Sequence record: NC_054927.1 | Reading direction: 5' to 3' (one strand) | DNA length: 64,000 nt | Origin: Escherichia phage vB_EcoM_Ozark | Part shown: positions 28,370 to 37,378 of the stretch, in pieces | Layout of the letters: every line of letters begins with the position of its first letter | Position numbering within the stretch: the first letter of the stretch is position 1 | Notes under the pieces: model-generated | The model's database searches: none | The model's input: only the letters and a program-made list of their open reading frames with translations | Told to the model about the DNA's origin: nothing | Program-made: the position numbers and the translations under genes

Positions 28370-28907
28370 TTACTATTTCCAAAAGTTTATTATTTTTAAG
28401 GTAATTAGCCTTTTCTAGGACTTCAGAAGCATATTTAGAACCAGCTTTAACATTCCATCCCGAATTATAAGAGGATATTGCTTTTCTTATATCGCCCTTA
28501 TGTATATTTAACCAATAAGAAAGTTCAATGTACGCCCATGAAGCTGAATTGGATCGTTTATTCAACATTCTTTTTATTTCAGCATCGGTCATATTATAAC
28601 CAAGTTCCTTAACTCTTGCTCGCATAGTAGGCAAATAATTTTGGAACATTCCATAGGCGTGATGCTTTGGTTTAGATTTTAAATTAACTCCGCCAGAGCT
28701 TTCTTGCCATAAAATGGCTGCCATTATATGACCTAATCCGCTCTTGTGGATATTTTTATGTGTTTTATATTTTCCATCCTTAGAAAATTGTTCCCCGAAT
28801 TGATACGCGTAACGCATGTTATCGAGTTGGACATTACTGAAAGTATGCTCGGAGCTATGTGCCATCATTGAAATGGCCAATAGACCAGCGAGTAGTGCTT
28901 TTCTCAT
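28362..28907 (-). CDS. Periplasmic lytic transglycosylase-like protein
   Basis: 181-aa ORF; signal peptide MRKALLAGLLAISMMAHS; SLT-domain motifs in order: ES (ILWQESSGG), GMFQ, SYNSGWN. Confidence 0.55.
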   Translation of the reverse strand: MRKALLAGLLAISMMAHSSEHTFSNVQLDNMRYAYQFGEQFSKDGKYKTHKNIHKSGLGHIMAAILWQESSGGVNLKSKPKHHAYGMFQNYLPTMRARVKELGYNMTDAEIKRMLNKRSNSASWAYIELSYWLNIHKGDIRKAISSYNSGWNVKAGSKYASEVLEKANYLKNNKLLEIVND

Positions 28908-28914
28908 GCTTACC

Positions 28915-29376
28915 TCATTGAGTTTTAATTACTGCTTTAGAAGCCTTTCCTGGTAAACGACGACTGTTAATAATTGCCATCCTACATTGAAGTGACGGGT
29001 CTTTGAACTTCTCATTAGGTTTACAAACTGTAAATCCAAGCCAAAGATTTCCATCTGTGATTTCTAAACGTCCAGGACGATATTCAACCCCATCAATAAA
29101 ATCCTCGTCAATGTCAGGACGCGGAGGCATACTCAGGAATTCATTAACTTCTAAAACATGGTCTTTTATTTTATGGAATAATTCAAAAACATATGTCTCA
29201 TCAATCTCCCGCTGAATTGCGCGATCAAGAAGATGCTGAGAATATTTTAGATGAAACGATGAGACCCCTGCTGCTTTTGATGCCTCACGAATCTCATTGT
29301 TAATTTGACGAAACTCCGACTCAAAGTGACGACGAAGCTTATTTCGACGGATAAAAACTTCTGTATTGATAGTCAT
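28915..29376 (-). CDS. regB: Endoribonuclease RegB
   Basis: 153-aa ORF MTINTEVFIRRNKLRRHFESEF...; size/sequence match T4 RegB; early promoter GTTTAC-N18-TATAAT immediately upstream. Confidence 0.85.
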   Translation of the reverse strand: MTINTEVFIRRNKLRRHFESEFRQINNEIREASKAAGVSSFHLKYSQHLLDRAIQREIDETYVFELFHKIKDHVLEVNEFLSMPPRPDIDEDFIDGVEYRPGRLEITDGNLWLGFTVCKPNEKFKDPSLQCRMAIINSRRLPGKASKAVIKTQ

Positions 29377-29402
29377 GTTGTTCTCCTCTTAACTGATAGA
29401 AA

Positions 29403-29435
29403 AATTATACCACAGTCAAGAGGAAAAGTAAACAG
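29403..29435 (-). promoter_or_regulatory. Early promoter upstream of regB
   Basis: Minus strand reads GTTTAC-N15-TGG-TATAAT, the T4 early-promoter architecture. Confidence 0.6.
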
Positions 29436-29714
29436 TTATTCTTTAAATCTGATCAATTTATTCATAGACTTTGAAACTTCTGCACGAACCTCATGTAGAT
29501 TTTTGAGCTGTTCAAGACGCTGCGTATAGTAAGCAATTTCATCTTCTTCGAGACAGTCCTGTGAATCTTCTTTAAGATAACGTGCATAGTCCTGAAAAGC
29601 GTTACGAACTACTTCCTGAAAATCATCAAGACTTTGAATTTTCTTAGGAGCAGCAAATACACGACGAGGGGCAGTATAATACTCATAACCAAACCCTGCG
29701 CTTAATTGAGCCAT
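29436..29714 (-). CDS. Hypothetical protein (vs.3 position)
   Basis: ORF track begins at a GTG; first ATG gives a 92-aa protein [13 protein letters not shown]...; TAATG overlap with the upstream gene. Confidence 0.4.
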   Translation of the reverse strand: MAQLSAGFGYEYYTAPRRVFAAPKKIQSLDDFQEVVRNAFQDYARYLKEDSQDCLEEDEIAYYTQRLEQLKNLHEVRAEVSKSMNKLIRFKE

Positions 29715-29980
29715 TAGTATTTTTCCTCTGGTTGGAACACTGCACGACAAGCCCACATACTGGCTTCTTTGAGTTTCGTTTTAGCAATAGTTAACTGATC
29801 GAGGCTTTCGGTGTAATTCTTCGCGAGTTCATCATCTTCACAGCTATCAAATGCTTCCCAAAATTCATCGTATAAAGCATCAAAGATAAGTCCTAAACGA
29901 ACTTCAGCGTCTTTAATAGCATTTACTTTACCGATTTTTTCGTCGGTATGTGGCTTATAACCTTTAATATCTTCAATCAT
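29714..29980 (-). CDS. Hypothetical protein (vs.4 position; candidate Acb2-like cyclic-nucleotide sponge by position only)
   Basis: ORF track begins at TTG; first ATG (29980) has a strong AGGA ribosome-binding site and gives 88 aa [15 protein letters not shown]...; assignment is positional, not verified. Confidence 0.35.
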   Translation of the reverse strand: MIEDIKGYKPHTDEKIGKVNAIKDAEVRLGLIFDALYDEFWEAFDSCEDDELAKNYTESLDQLTIAKTKLKEASMWACRAVFQPEEKY

Positions 29981-30194
29981 ATTTGACTTCCTCACCAGTA
30001 CATAAATCGTATTCAACTAAACGAATAGGTTCATGAATGCCATATCCATGAACAGAAATTTCTGTAGTAGGATAAATTCCATTAATATCACCCATGTTCC
30101 ATGCTTCGTTAAATTGCTGTTCGCCTGAATTACTAAACCACTCGGCGAAAGCATTTAGCACATCTTCAGAACCTTCAATAATTATCTTTGCCAT
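29973..30194 (-). CDS. Hypothetical small acidic protein
   Basis: 73-aa ORF. Confidence 0.35.
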   Translation of the reverse strand: MAKIIIEGSEDVLNAFAEWFSNSGEQQFNEAWNMGDINGIYPTTEISVHGYGIHEPIRLVEYDLCTGEEVKYD

Positions 30195-30556
30195 TACAAA
30201 CTCTCGGTAAAGGTACGAGCGATAACATCGCGCTGCTGTTCCGGAGTCAGAGAGTTAAAGCGAACTGCATAACCGGATACACGGATGGTCAGCTGCGGAT
30301 ATTTTTCCGGATGCTTAACTGCATCTTCCAGAGTTTCGCGACGCAGAACGTTTACGTTCAGGTGCTGACCACCTTCAATTTTAACTGTAGGCTGTTGCTC
30401 AATTTCAATTTCACGGGCATGCAAACCGTAGAAAATTTCTGGGTCTACAAAAGAGTCCTCTTTAAAGGTTTTAGAGACAATAATTCGTGCTTGAATACCA
30501 TCTTCAAAATAAATAGTGCCTTTGTGTGTGCCTTCAAGAATTTGATATGCTTTCAT
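30194..30556 (-). CDS. Autonomous glycyl-radical cofactor (GrcA/YfiD-like; T4 Y06I-like)
   Basis: 120-aa ORF ending in the glycyl-radical signature [26 protein letters not shown] typical of pyruvate formate-lyase C-termini. Confidence 0.8.
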   Translation of the reverse strand: MKAYQILEGTHKGTIYFEDGIQARIIVSKTFKEDSFVDPEIFYGLHAREIEIEQQPTVKIEGGQHLNVNVLRRETLEDAVKHPEKYPQLTIRVSGYAVRFNSLTPEQQRDVIARTFTESL

Positions 30557-30563
30557 ATAAACC

Positions 30564-30893
30564 TCAATTAGAAAATAAATTTATCCAAGATTGTTCTTTA
30601 ATTAAAAATGGCTCAGAATCATATGCCATTAAACTTTGGGTAATTAATCCTTTAAAAGGTCCATCAATAAATTCCATGGTAAAATATGGAATTTTATTCA
30701 TTAGCCGCGCATTAGGAGCAGTGCACAAAACTCTGCATCCTTTGAATACGCCTTTTTGTAATTTGTATTGCTTGGGATAAAATTCGCTCAAAATGTTGTT
30801 ATTTGCCAAAATTTCAAAATGATTCACCAATTTATTTTTAATAGTTTTTGGCGAAAAATAAAGATATTCGAAAAGCTGAGTGTCTGTCATCAT
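30564..30893 (-). CDS. Hypothetical protein
   Basis: ORF track gives 126 aa from 30944; the ATG at 30893 forms an ATGA overlap with the upstream stop and gives 109 aa ([10 protein letters not shown]...). Confidence 0.35.
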   Translation of the reverse strand: MMTDTQLFEYLYFSPKTIKNKLVNHFEILANNNILSEFYPKQYKLQKGVFKGCRVLCTAPNARLMNKIPYFTMEFIDGPFKGLITQSLMAYDSEPFLIKEQSWINLFSN

Positions 30894-31429
30894 TGCATTC
30901 CGATTACGAAAAACTGTGGACGAGTAATACCACCAATGCAACATTTAATATTACAGCAGCAGTGTACAGTGTCAATATGGACACTATAAATCTTATCCAT
31001 ATCAGGAGATTTGACAGGCTCATCAATTATATATAAAATTCGCGAAAGCTTTAAACCTCTGAACTTGCTTCCTTTATTACCGATAAAACTGCGCACAGAA
31101 TCAGTAAATAAACGAAAACGTATATCATCATTAGAATAACGCGAAAATTCCTTTTTAATGTTATTTGCAGAAATTTTAGCGTAAGCTGAAGTATTAGAAA
31201 GAACAATAACTGTTCCGCCATCATACAACCAATTAGCAGCAAAGTTAGTCACAGCAATTGATTTACCGGATTGACGTCCACCGTCTAGTCGAAGTGTGCA
31301 ATACTGTTTAAGTAATTCTTCAAATGGCGGGATATATTCGTTTTTACAAATTTCTTCTACTCTAGCATCAGAATGGTGTGTAAAAGCATTCATCAGGGAT
31401 AGATAAGGACCAGTTAAAAATGTTCTCAT
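30890..31429 (-). CDS. Small P-loop NTPase-like protein
   Basis: 179-aa ORF; Walker A GGRQSGKS and Walker B-like LYIIDEP; C-terminal Cys cluster (HCCCNIKCC). Confidence 0.45.
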   Translation of the reverse strand: MRTFLTGPYLSLMNAFTHHSDARVEEICKNEYIPPFEELLKQYCTLRLDGGRQSGKSIAVTNFAANWLYDGGTVIVLSNTSAYAKISANNIKKEFSRYSNDDIRFRLFTDSVRSFIGNKGSKFRGLKLSRILYIIDEPVKSPDMDKIYSVHIDTVHCCCNIKCCIGGITRPQFFVIGMQ

Positions 31430-31569
31430 TTCTTCTCTCTAAATTTGGGCCATTCCGTGGCGCATGAATTGTCCATTTCTGTATTTACCCATTACCGCAC
31501 TTGGGCTCGACCTTATTACAGGTTGGCGGGAATCCCTCACAGAATCATGAGGTCCAGGTTGTTCCCATA

Positions 31570-32043
31570 TTATTTGAACGATTTAACGTACTGAATAGAA
31601 CCTTTACTATTCACGAAAGCGATTTTACCATTTTTATTATACATGGTAGCAGTACGCTGATAGCCATAAGTTTGCTTACCAGATTGATAACCAACTAATG
31701 CAAAATTATCTTCACCCATTTTATTCTGTTTAGCGCGAATGCGTTCATGACCATGTGCCATAAGAACCTTAGCATCACCAGTTGCAATGGATCGACGAGT
31801 TTTTTCATCTTCAACTGTATTAACAAAGTCGTCAAATGAATCAAATTTAGCATGAGATTTATTATACAGTTTTCCATCTACTGCATAATTATATCCCTGT
31901 ACATCCATCTCAACTTCTGTACCATCATCCAATACAGCAGTGATTTTCTGTCCTTTTTTAAATTTCAAAAGATCAGTAAAAGATTCAGCAATAATTTGAG
32001 AATTAATAGCTGCTTCAGTAATAAATTCTTGATATGTTTTCAT
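31570..32043 (-). CDS. Internal-protein-like packaged protein with capsid-targeting sequence
   Basis: 157-aa ORF beginning MKTYQEFITEA, i.e. the T4 internal-protein capsid-targeting sequence with a protease-type L/I-x-E cleavage motif. Confidence 0.6.
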   Translation of the reverse strand: MKTYQEFITEAAINSQIIAESFTDLLKFKKGQKITAVLDDGTEVEMDVQGYNYAVDGKLYNKSHAKFDSFDDFVNTVEDEKTRRSIATGDAKVLMAHGHERIRAKQNKMGEDNFALVGYQSGKQTYGYQRTATMYNKNGKIAFVNSKGSIQYVKSFK

Positions 32044-32059
32044 GTGTATCCTTTAATTT

Positions 32060-32377
32060 TTATTCTTTAGGGAAGTTTTTAGAATATGCATCATAAAGCT
32101 TATTTCCAATACGGCGGAAAACTCTAGCCGCAAAACGATTTTCTGGGTTTTTAATCATGATTTGCATCATATAAGTACCCGCGTCAGAAAGAGCTTCTTC
32201 ATAGTACCCGTTAATTTCTTTAAGAGTCCTACGTTTACCACCAGGACCATCAACAGTGATTTTCCATTTACCTGTAGAAGTGCGACTTGGCGGCTCAACT
32301 TGTTCAATCCAGATATAACCGCCTTCTACACGTTGTCCTTGGGCAGATTCTGCAATAAATTCTTTAAACGTTTTCAT
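32060..32377 (-). CDS. Internal-protein-like packaged protein with capsid-targeting sequence
   Basis: 105-aa ORF beginning MKTFKEFIAES; early-promoter element immediately upstream. Confidence 0.6.
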   Translation of the reverse strand: MKTFKEFIAESAQGQRVEGGYIWIEQVEPPSRTSTGKWKITVDGPGGKRRTLKEINGYYEEALSDAGTYMMQIMIKNPENRFAARVFRRIGNKLYDAYSKNFPKE

Positions 32378-32411
32378 ATGGTTCCTTTAAATATTTTAAT
32401 TAGTAACTATG

Positions 32412-32446
32412 AATATACTATCACAGTTCTAGGAGAAAGTAAACAA
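32412..32446 (-). promoter_or_regulatory. Early promoter upstream of an internal-protein gene
   Basis: Minus strand GTTTAC-N15-TGA-TAGTAT. Confidence 0.45.
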
Positions 32447-32448
32447 CT

Positions 32449-33417
<969 letters not shown>

Positions 33418-33421
<4 letters not shown>

Positions 33422-33780
33422 TTTAATTTCCTGCAATCACTCACAAACTCTTTCATTGATTCATTTTCAATATAAGACATGTAGTTATTATATTCTTTTA
33501 ATTGTATTTTGTAATCTTTTTTTCTTTGCCAATTTATTTTAAAATTATCATAATGAAAATATAACATGGTACCAAAGAATGAAAATAATGAAATAATTTT
33601 AGTATAGTGAAGTTCACTCCAAACTTCTATTATATTTACTGTGCCGTCAATGTTTAAAATAAGACAGTCAATTAACAATCCAAAAAGACTACCCGCAAGA
33701 GCTGCAGCCAACGCCACAGCAAAAATTAAAAATGACTCAGGAAACGAATATTTGACTTTATTTAGTTTTGGCTTTTGCAT
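33418..33780 (-). CDS. Membrane protein
   Basis: 120-aa ORF with two hydrophobic segments. Confidence 0.4.
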
Positions 33781-34175
33781 CGTGATTCCTTAACAAATTT
33801 CATAATTTCATCAAATTCATACACAGCAAGTTTAAGCTGGTGTTCCTTTTTAATCTTTTTACACTGTGCTTTCCAATCACGTACGCGTTTACGATAATGC
33901 CTTCCTTGATACCAGTATCCTACCCAATTTACAGGTACTAATAAAAGTGGAACTATTAATGGAAGAATTAGCATTAACACAAGTATTTCGCCAGAATCAA
34001 TATCAGTCATAACATCTAAAACACCTCCAATAATCAATAGAATTACAAATGATATGAGTATAACAGGACCTATTAATACATCAGTAGGAATTAGCTGGCG
34101 CTTTAATTCATACTTCAAAGGTTTACTTGGAAGGTATAGTGATGGCTTTGACATATTCTCTGCATTCCTTAACAA
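33762..34175 (-). CDS. Membrane protein
   Basis: 137-aa ORF with two or three transmembrane segments. Confidence 0.4.
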   Translation of the reverse strand: MLRNAENMSKPSLYLPSKPLKYELKRQLIPTDVLIGPVILISFVILLIIGGVLDVMTDIDSGEILVLMLILPLIVPLLLVPVNWVGYWYQGRHYRKRVRDWKAQCKKIKKEHQLKLAVYEFDEIMKFVKESRCKSQN

Positions 34176-34734
34176 ATTTTTCTAGTAATAAATCACTTTC
34201 AAAATTAGGATTTTCCACTAATTTATCAAAAAGATCATCAACAATATTCAAGATATTCTTTTTACTAAGAATACGTTTATTTTCATGCTTCGTTTCAGAA
34301 TCAACTATAAGAGTAAAGAAATATTTCTTTCCCTGAAATTTTACTGTAGTATCAATATAGAATAAATTTGACTTTTGTAAGTTACGTTTAAACCATGCGT
34401 CACTTAAACTATAAACACCGAGATAATCAAAATCGTCGTTTAAATAACAAACTGTCCATTCAGGAGAAATGAAATCAGTAAATTCAACATCAAAATCACA
34501 TGTTAATGAATGAATTGATTCAATACTGTTAATAAGTATTCCAGGGCGTATTAAAGACTTTTTACCTCTAGAAAATCTTCCAGAAAGACTTTCATCAGTT
34601 TCATATGAAGAACCCCAATAATAATTACGTCCTTCTGCCATACGTTTAAGAGCATTTAATAATTGGTCTGGAACATCAACTTGTCTTTGGAATTCTTCAA
34701 ACATTGAATTGAAATCAATTTGCATTCTTCTCAT
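34123..34734 (-). CDS. Hypothetical protein
   Basis: 203-aa ORF. Confidence 0.4.
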   Translation of the reverse strand: MRRMQIDFNSMFEEFQRQVDVPDQLLNALKRMAEGRNYYWGSSYETDESLSGRFSRGKKSLIRPGILINSIESIHSLTCDFDVEFTDFISPEWTVCYLNDDFDYLGVYSLSDAWFKRNLQKSNLFYIDTTVKFQGKKYFFTLIVDSETKHENKRILSKKNILNIVDDLFDKLVENPNFESDLLLEKFVKECREYVKAITIPSK

Positions 34735-34775
34735 TCCTATTTACTCCAAGTAATAGGGGCCGAAGCCCCTTATCA

Positions 34776-35369
34776 TTATTTCAGAGAATTAATGTATTCC
34801 TGTACATCGGCAGAGGTAGTTTCAACCCCAGAAATATTACCATTAAAGGTTTCAACTCGAGCGAGAGTGTCTTCAATATCAACCTTAGTCAGTGCTGCAA
34901 TTTCAACTACATCATCGGCAGTACTAATTCCAAGTGCATTCGCCGCTCGAGTTTCACGGATATATTCCAATTTAACTGCAAGTTCTTGGCGAGCATCATC
35001 CAATTCAACTACTTTCTTGGCGATTTCAATTCGCATTTCAGCATACCCATCAGCTTTAGTAGTTAACTGTTCAGCTGTTCGACGATATAGTAAGCCGAGT
35101 TTAGCATGCATTGTTACATCTTGACCTTCGGAAAGAAGCTTGCGAATTTCACGCTCTTTTGATTCAGCCTGCTTATTCTTTTCGACAATAAGTTCACGAA
35201 TACGCTTTTCTTCATTAATAGATTTAACAGAAGCAGTTTTTAGATCTTTAATCTTATCAAGTAGTTTTGCTGCCGCAGCAGTATACTGTTCTTCAACAGA
35301 TAGATTTTTAGCCATAGCAGAACCAAGTTTAGTGCGAATAAACTCAACAATTTTCTTCAGTGTGTTCAT
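34776..35369 (-). CDS. Coiled-coil protein (weak PspA/IM30-like character)
   Basis: 197-aa ORF, almost entirely charged heptad-like helix (…[27 protein letters not shown]…); resemblance to PspA is impressionistic only. Confidence 0.4.
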
Positions 35370-35412
35370 AGTATTTCCTTAGGTTAATTAAGATTTAAAA
35401 TCCATGAGAGTA

Positions 35413-35589
35413 TTATACTCCGGATAGTTTGTAAACTATTTCAACATCGCCTTTTGCTGCTTTATAACCTTCAGCCCAAGATACAACCGAGTTTTTATCT
35501 GAAGATTCAAATTCTGGCATTGGGCTTTCGCCAATGTTCACGCAGTATGTTTCTTCATTTTCGTCGAACCAAATAATTAAAGTAGTCAT
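35413..35589 (-). CDS. Hypothetical small protein (58 aa, below the ORF-track cutoff)
   Basis: Hand-translated MTTLIIWFDENEETYCVNIGESP...; GGAG ribosome-binding site 7 nt upstream; promoter-like element at ~35600-35640. Confidence 0.3.
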   Translation of the reverse strand: MTTLIIWFDENEETYCVNIGESPMPEFESSDKNSVVSWAEGYKAAKGDVEIVYKLSGV

Positions 35590-35657
35590 TTATTTCTCCG
35601 TTTCTGTATTTGTTTTGATAAGTCTATAATAACACCGTCCTTGGTGTTTGTACACAA

Positions 35658-35984
35658 TTATTTCATATTATTGAAATGTTCTTCTGCAATTTCGTCGTTA
35701 TCATGGTAAACTTTAGAAGACAGTTTAACATAACCTTCAGCAGTGAACATGTTAATCACAACCTTTACAGTATACCACTGACCATCTTCATTACCCATTA
35801 CTGCATAGGTTTCAAACATCGGATGATCAGGACCGATAACTTTAATATCATTCACTGTACGACCAAAATCTTCTGAAACACATTTCATAAAGAAGTTGAA
35901 CAGTTCGCCGTAATTATCCATTTCATTCTCCAAGTTGTTTTCTGTATCAGTAGTTGATAGTTGTATAGTACCATGGAAGGACAA
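35658..35984 (-). CDS. Hypothetical acidic protein
   Basis: 108-aa ORF directly downstream of an early promoter and conserved leader. Confidence 0.4.
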   Translation of the reverse strand: MSFHGTIQLSTTDTENNLENEMDNYGELFNFFMKCVSEDFGRTVNDIKVIGPDHPMFETYAVMGNEDGQWYTVKVVINMFTAEGYVKLSSKVYHDNDEIAEEHFNNMK

Positions 35985-35996
35985 GGATGTAAACAG
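35963..35996 (-). promoter_or_regulatory. Early promoter with conserved leader
   Basis: Minus strand GTTTAC...TGG-TACTATAC-AACTATCAACTAC. Confidence 0.5.
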
Positions 35997-36125
35997 TTTT
36001 GTGAAAAAATTTTTAAAAAGTTTTAGGGAATTCTAGGGTCAGGAGGGGCAATTAAAAGGTAGGATAATATATTATAAAGGGTATAAACTAAATGATGCCT
36101 AGAGAGGCCCGGAAAGGCCTAGATA

Positions 36126-36155
36126 CCAAAAAGCCCCAACCTTTCGGTCGGGGCT
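36126..36155 (-). terminator. Terminator hairpin downstream of the 36163-36636 gene
   Basis: GCCCCGACCGAAAGGTTGGGGC hairpin with G-U pair followed by a short T-run; near-identical to the 36685 copy. Confidence 0.5.
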
Positions 36156-36162
36156 AAGAATG

Positions 36163-36636
36163 TTATTTGATTTGTTTAGCAGACCAAATGCGGTCTTTAA
36201 TAATTTTTTGGATGTCTTCAACATACTCAAGAGAGTGAGCATGTGGGTTATCTTTAAAACTATAAGCACGAGCTAACTTTTGACCTTCAGTTTTGATTAC
36301 TAAAAGCTCTTTAAGGATAGCTTCATATCTGGAGATAATTCCTTTAACAATATTTTTTTCTTGTGTAGCTTTAGGATCTGCTTTAGGAGCAGGTTTACCC
36401 GAAGCCTTTGCAAAAGCAGCGCCAGTAGCAACTAAACTTTTCCAGGCCATACTAACTGCATTCCCTGTAAATCCTTCGGCTTTCATATCACGAGCAAATT
36501 GGAATCGTGATTCATCGGAAGCATCTTTATAGGAATATTTACCCGCGGCAATGGCTGCTTTTGCGACAGCTTGAATTTCGGTGCTAGACGCTTCATTTAA
36601 CACCGCTTCATTTAAAAATTGAGTATATGATTTCAT
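36163..36636 (-). CDS. Putative packaged protein with capsid-targeting-like N-terminus
   Basis: 157-aa ORF beginning MKSYTQFLNEA (compare MKTYQEFIAEA); Ala/Lys-rich; flanked on both sides by near-identical terminator hairpins. Confidence 0.45.
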   Translation of the reverse strand: MKSYTQFLNEAVLNEASSTEIQAVAKAAIAAGKYSYKDASDESRFQFARDMKAEGFTGNAVSMAWKSLVATGAAFAKASGKPAPKADPKATQEKNIVKGIISRYEAILKELLVIKTEGQKLARAYSFKDNPHAHSLEYVEDIQKIIKDRIWSAKQIK

Positions 36637-36684
36637 CTTATTTCCTGTTTTAATTCGTGAATTTAATATACTAATATTTATACT

Positions 36685-36712
36685 AAAAAAGCCCCAACCT
36701 TTTGGCTGGGGC
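36685..36712 (-). terminator. Terminator hairpin at the distal end of the tRNA/stable-RNA operon
   Basis: GCCCCAGCCAAAAGGTTGGGGC hairpin followed by TTTTTT on the minus strand. Confidence 0.55.
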
Positions 36713-36764
36713 TAAGCCTTGCGGCAACCTTGTCGGGGTTCCACCTGCTAAGGCAAGTGTTTGT

Positions 36765-36856
36765 ACGAAACGCCGGGATTCGAACCCGGTTATTAAGTAG
36801 TTGACGCTACTCAATATTTTTAAAAGGCCATATCTCAACCATATCCGAACGTTCCG
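36765..36856 (-). ncRNA. tRNA-like stable RNA (acceptor and T-arm present, no canonical anticodon arm found)
   Basis: T-arm CCGGG-TTCGAAT-CCCGG and a 7-bp acceptor pairing found by hand; ~92 nt; anticodon stem-loop could not be folded canonically; position corresponds to where T4 carries small stable RNAs downstream of tRNA-Arg. Confidence 0.3.
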
Positions 36857-37029
36857 TCAAAAACGCTACTCGGCTTACGGCAAAGATATTTCCTCGAATC
36901 GATAATTCGGTGCGCCGTTTCTGCTGTGATATAAGGGGGCATTAACAAAACATAAAGATTTATTAATGCCAGTCCTTAAACAGGGAACATCAGTCCGACG
37001 ACTTGCCGGTAGCGACCCGGCTTCTTGTC

Positions 37030-37105
37030 TGGTCGAGGCAGTAGGGATCGAACCTACGACCCAGGACTTAGAAGGTCCTTGCTCTTCCTTCTGAGCTATG
37101 CCCCG
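37030..37105 (-). tRNA. tRNA-Arg (anticodon UCU)
   Basis: Hand-folded cloverleaf: acceptor CGGGGCA/TGCCTCG, D-stem GCTC, anticodon loop CTTCTAA, T-loop TTCGATC, CCA encoded. Confidence 0.8.
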
Positions 37106-37109
37106 TAAT

Positions 37110-37185
37110 TGGGGTGACCGATGGGAGTCGAACCCATGACTACGAGAATCACAATCTCGAGTTCTACCAACTGAACTACGGCCAC
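37110..37185 (-). tRNA. tRNA-His (anticodon GUG)
   Basis: Hand-folded: acceptor 7 bp, anticodon stem CGAGA/TCTCG with loop TTGTGAT, T-loop TTCGACT, discriminator C, CCA encoded. Confidence 0.7.
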
Positions 37186-37299
37186 ATTAATACCTACTCC
37201 AATAATCAAGATGTCTTCACACGAAATTAAGAGAAGAGTGATCAGTTCAACCCCTATAATCGCGTCAAGTAGATATTAATGTGACAGTTGTCACAAATT

Positions 37300-37374
37300 T
37301 GGCGGACGTGATAGGATTCGAACCTATAACCAATCGCTTAACAGGCGATCGCTCTGCCATTGAGCTACACATCC
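37300..37374 (-). tRNA. tRNA-Asn (anticodon GUU)
   Basis: Hand-folded: anticodon stem ATCGC/GCGAT, loop CTGTTAA, T-loop TTCGAAT, CCA encoded. Confidence 0.75.
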
Positions 37375-37378
37375 AAAT

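Noticed and set aside
34720-35382. Plus-strand ORFs of 134 and 80 aa
   Set aside because: Antisense to the coiled-coil gene; Ser/Ala-rich mirror of a Glu/Lys-rich coding strand.
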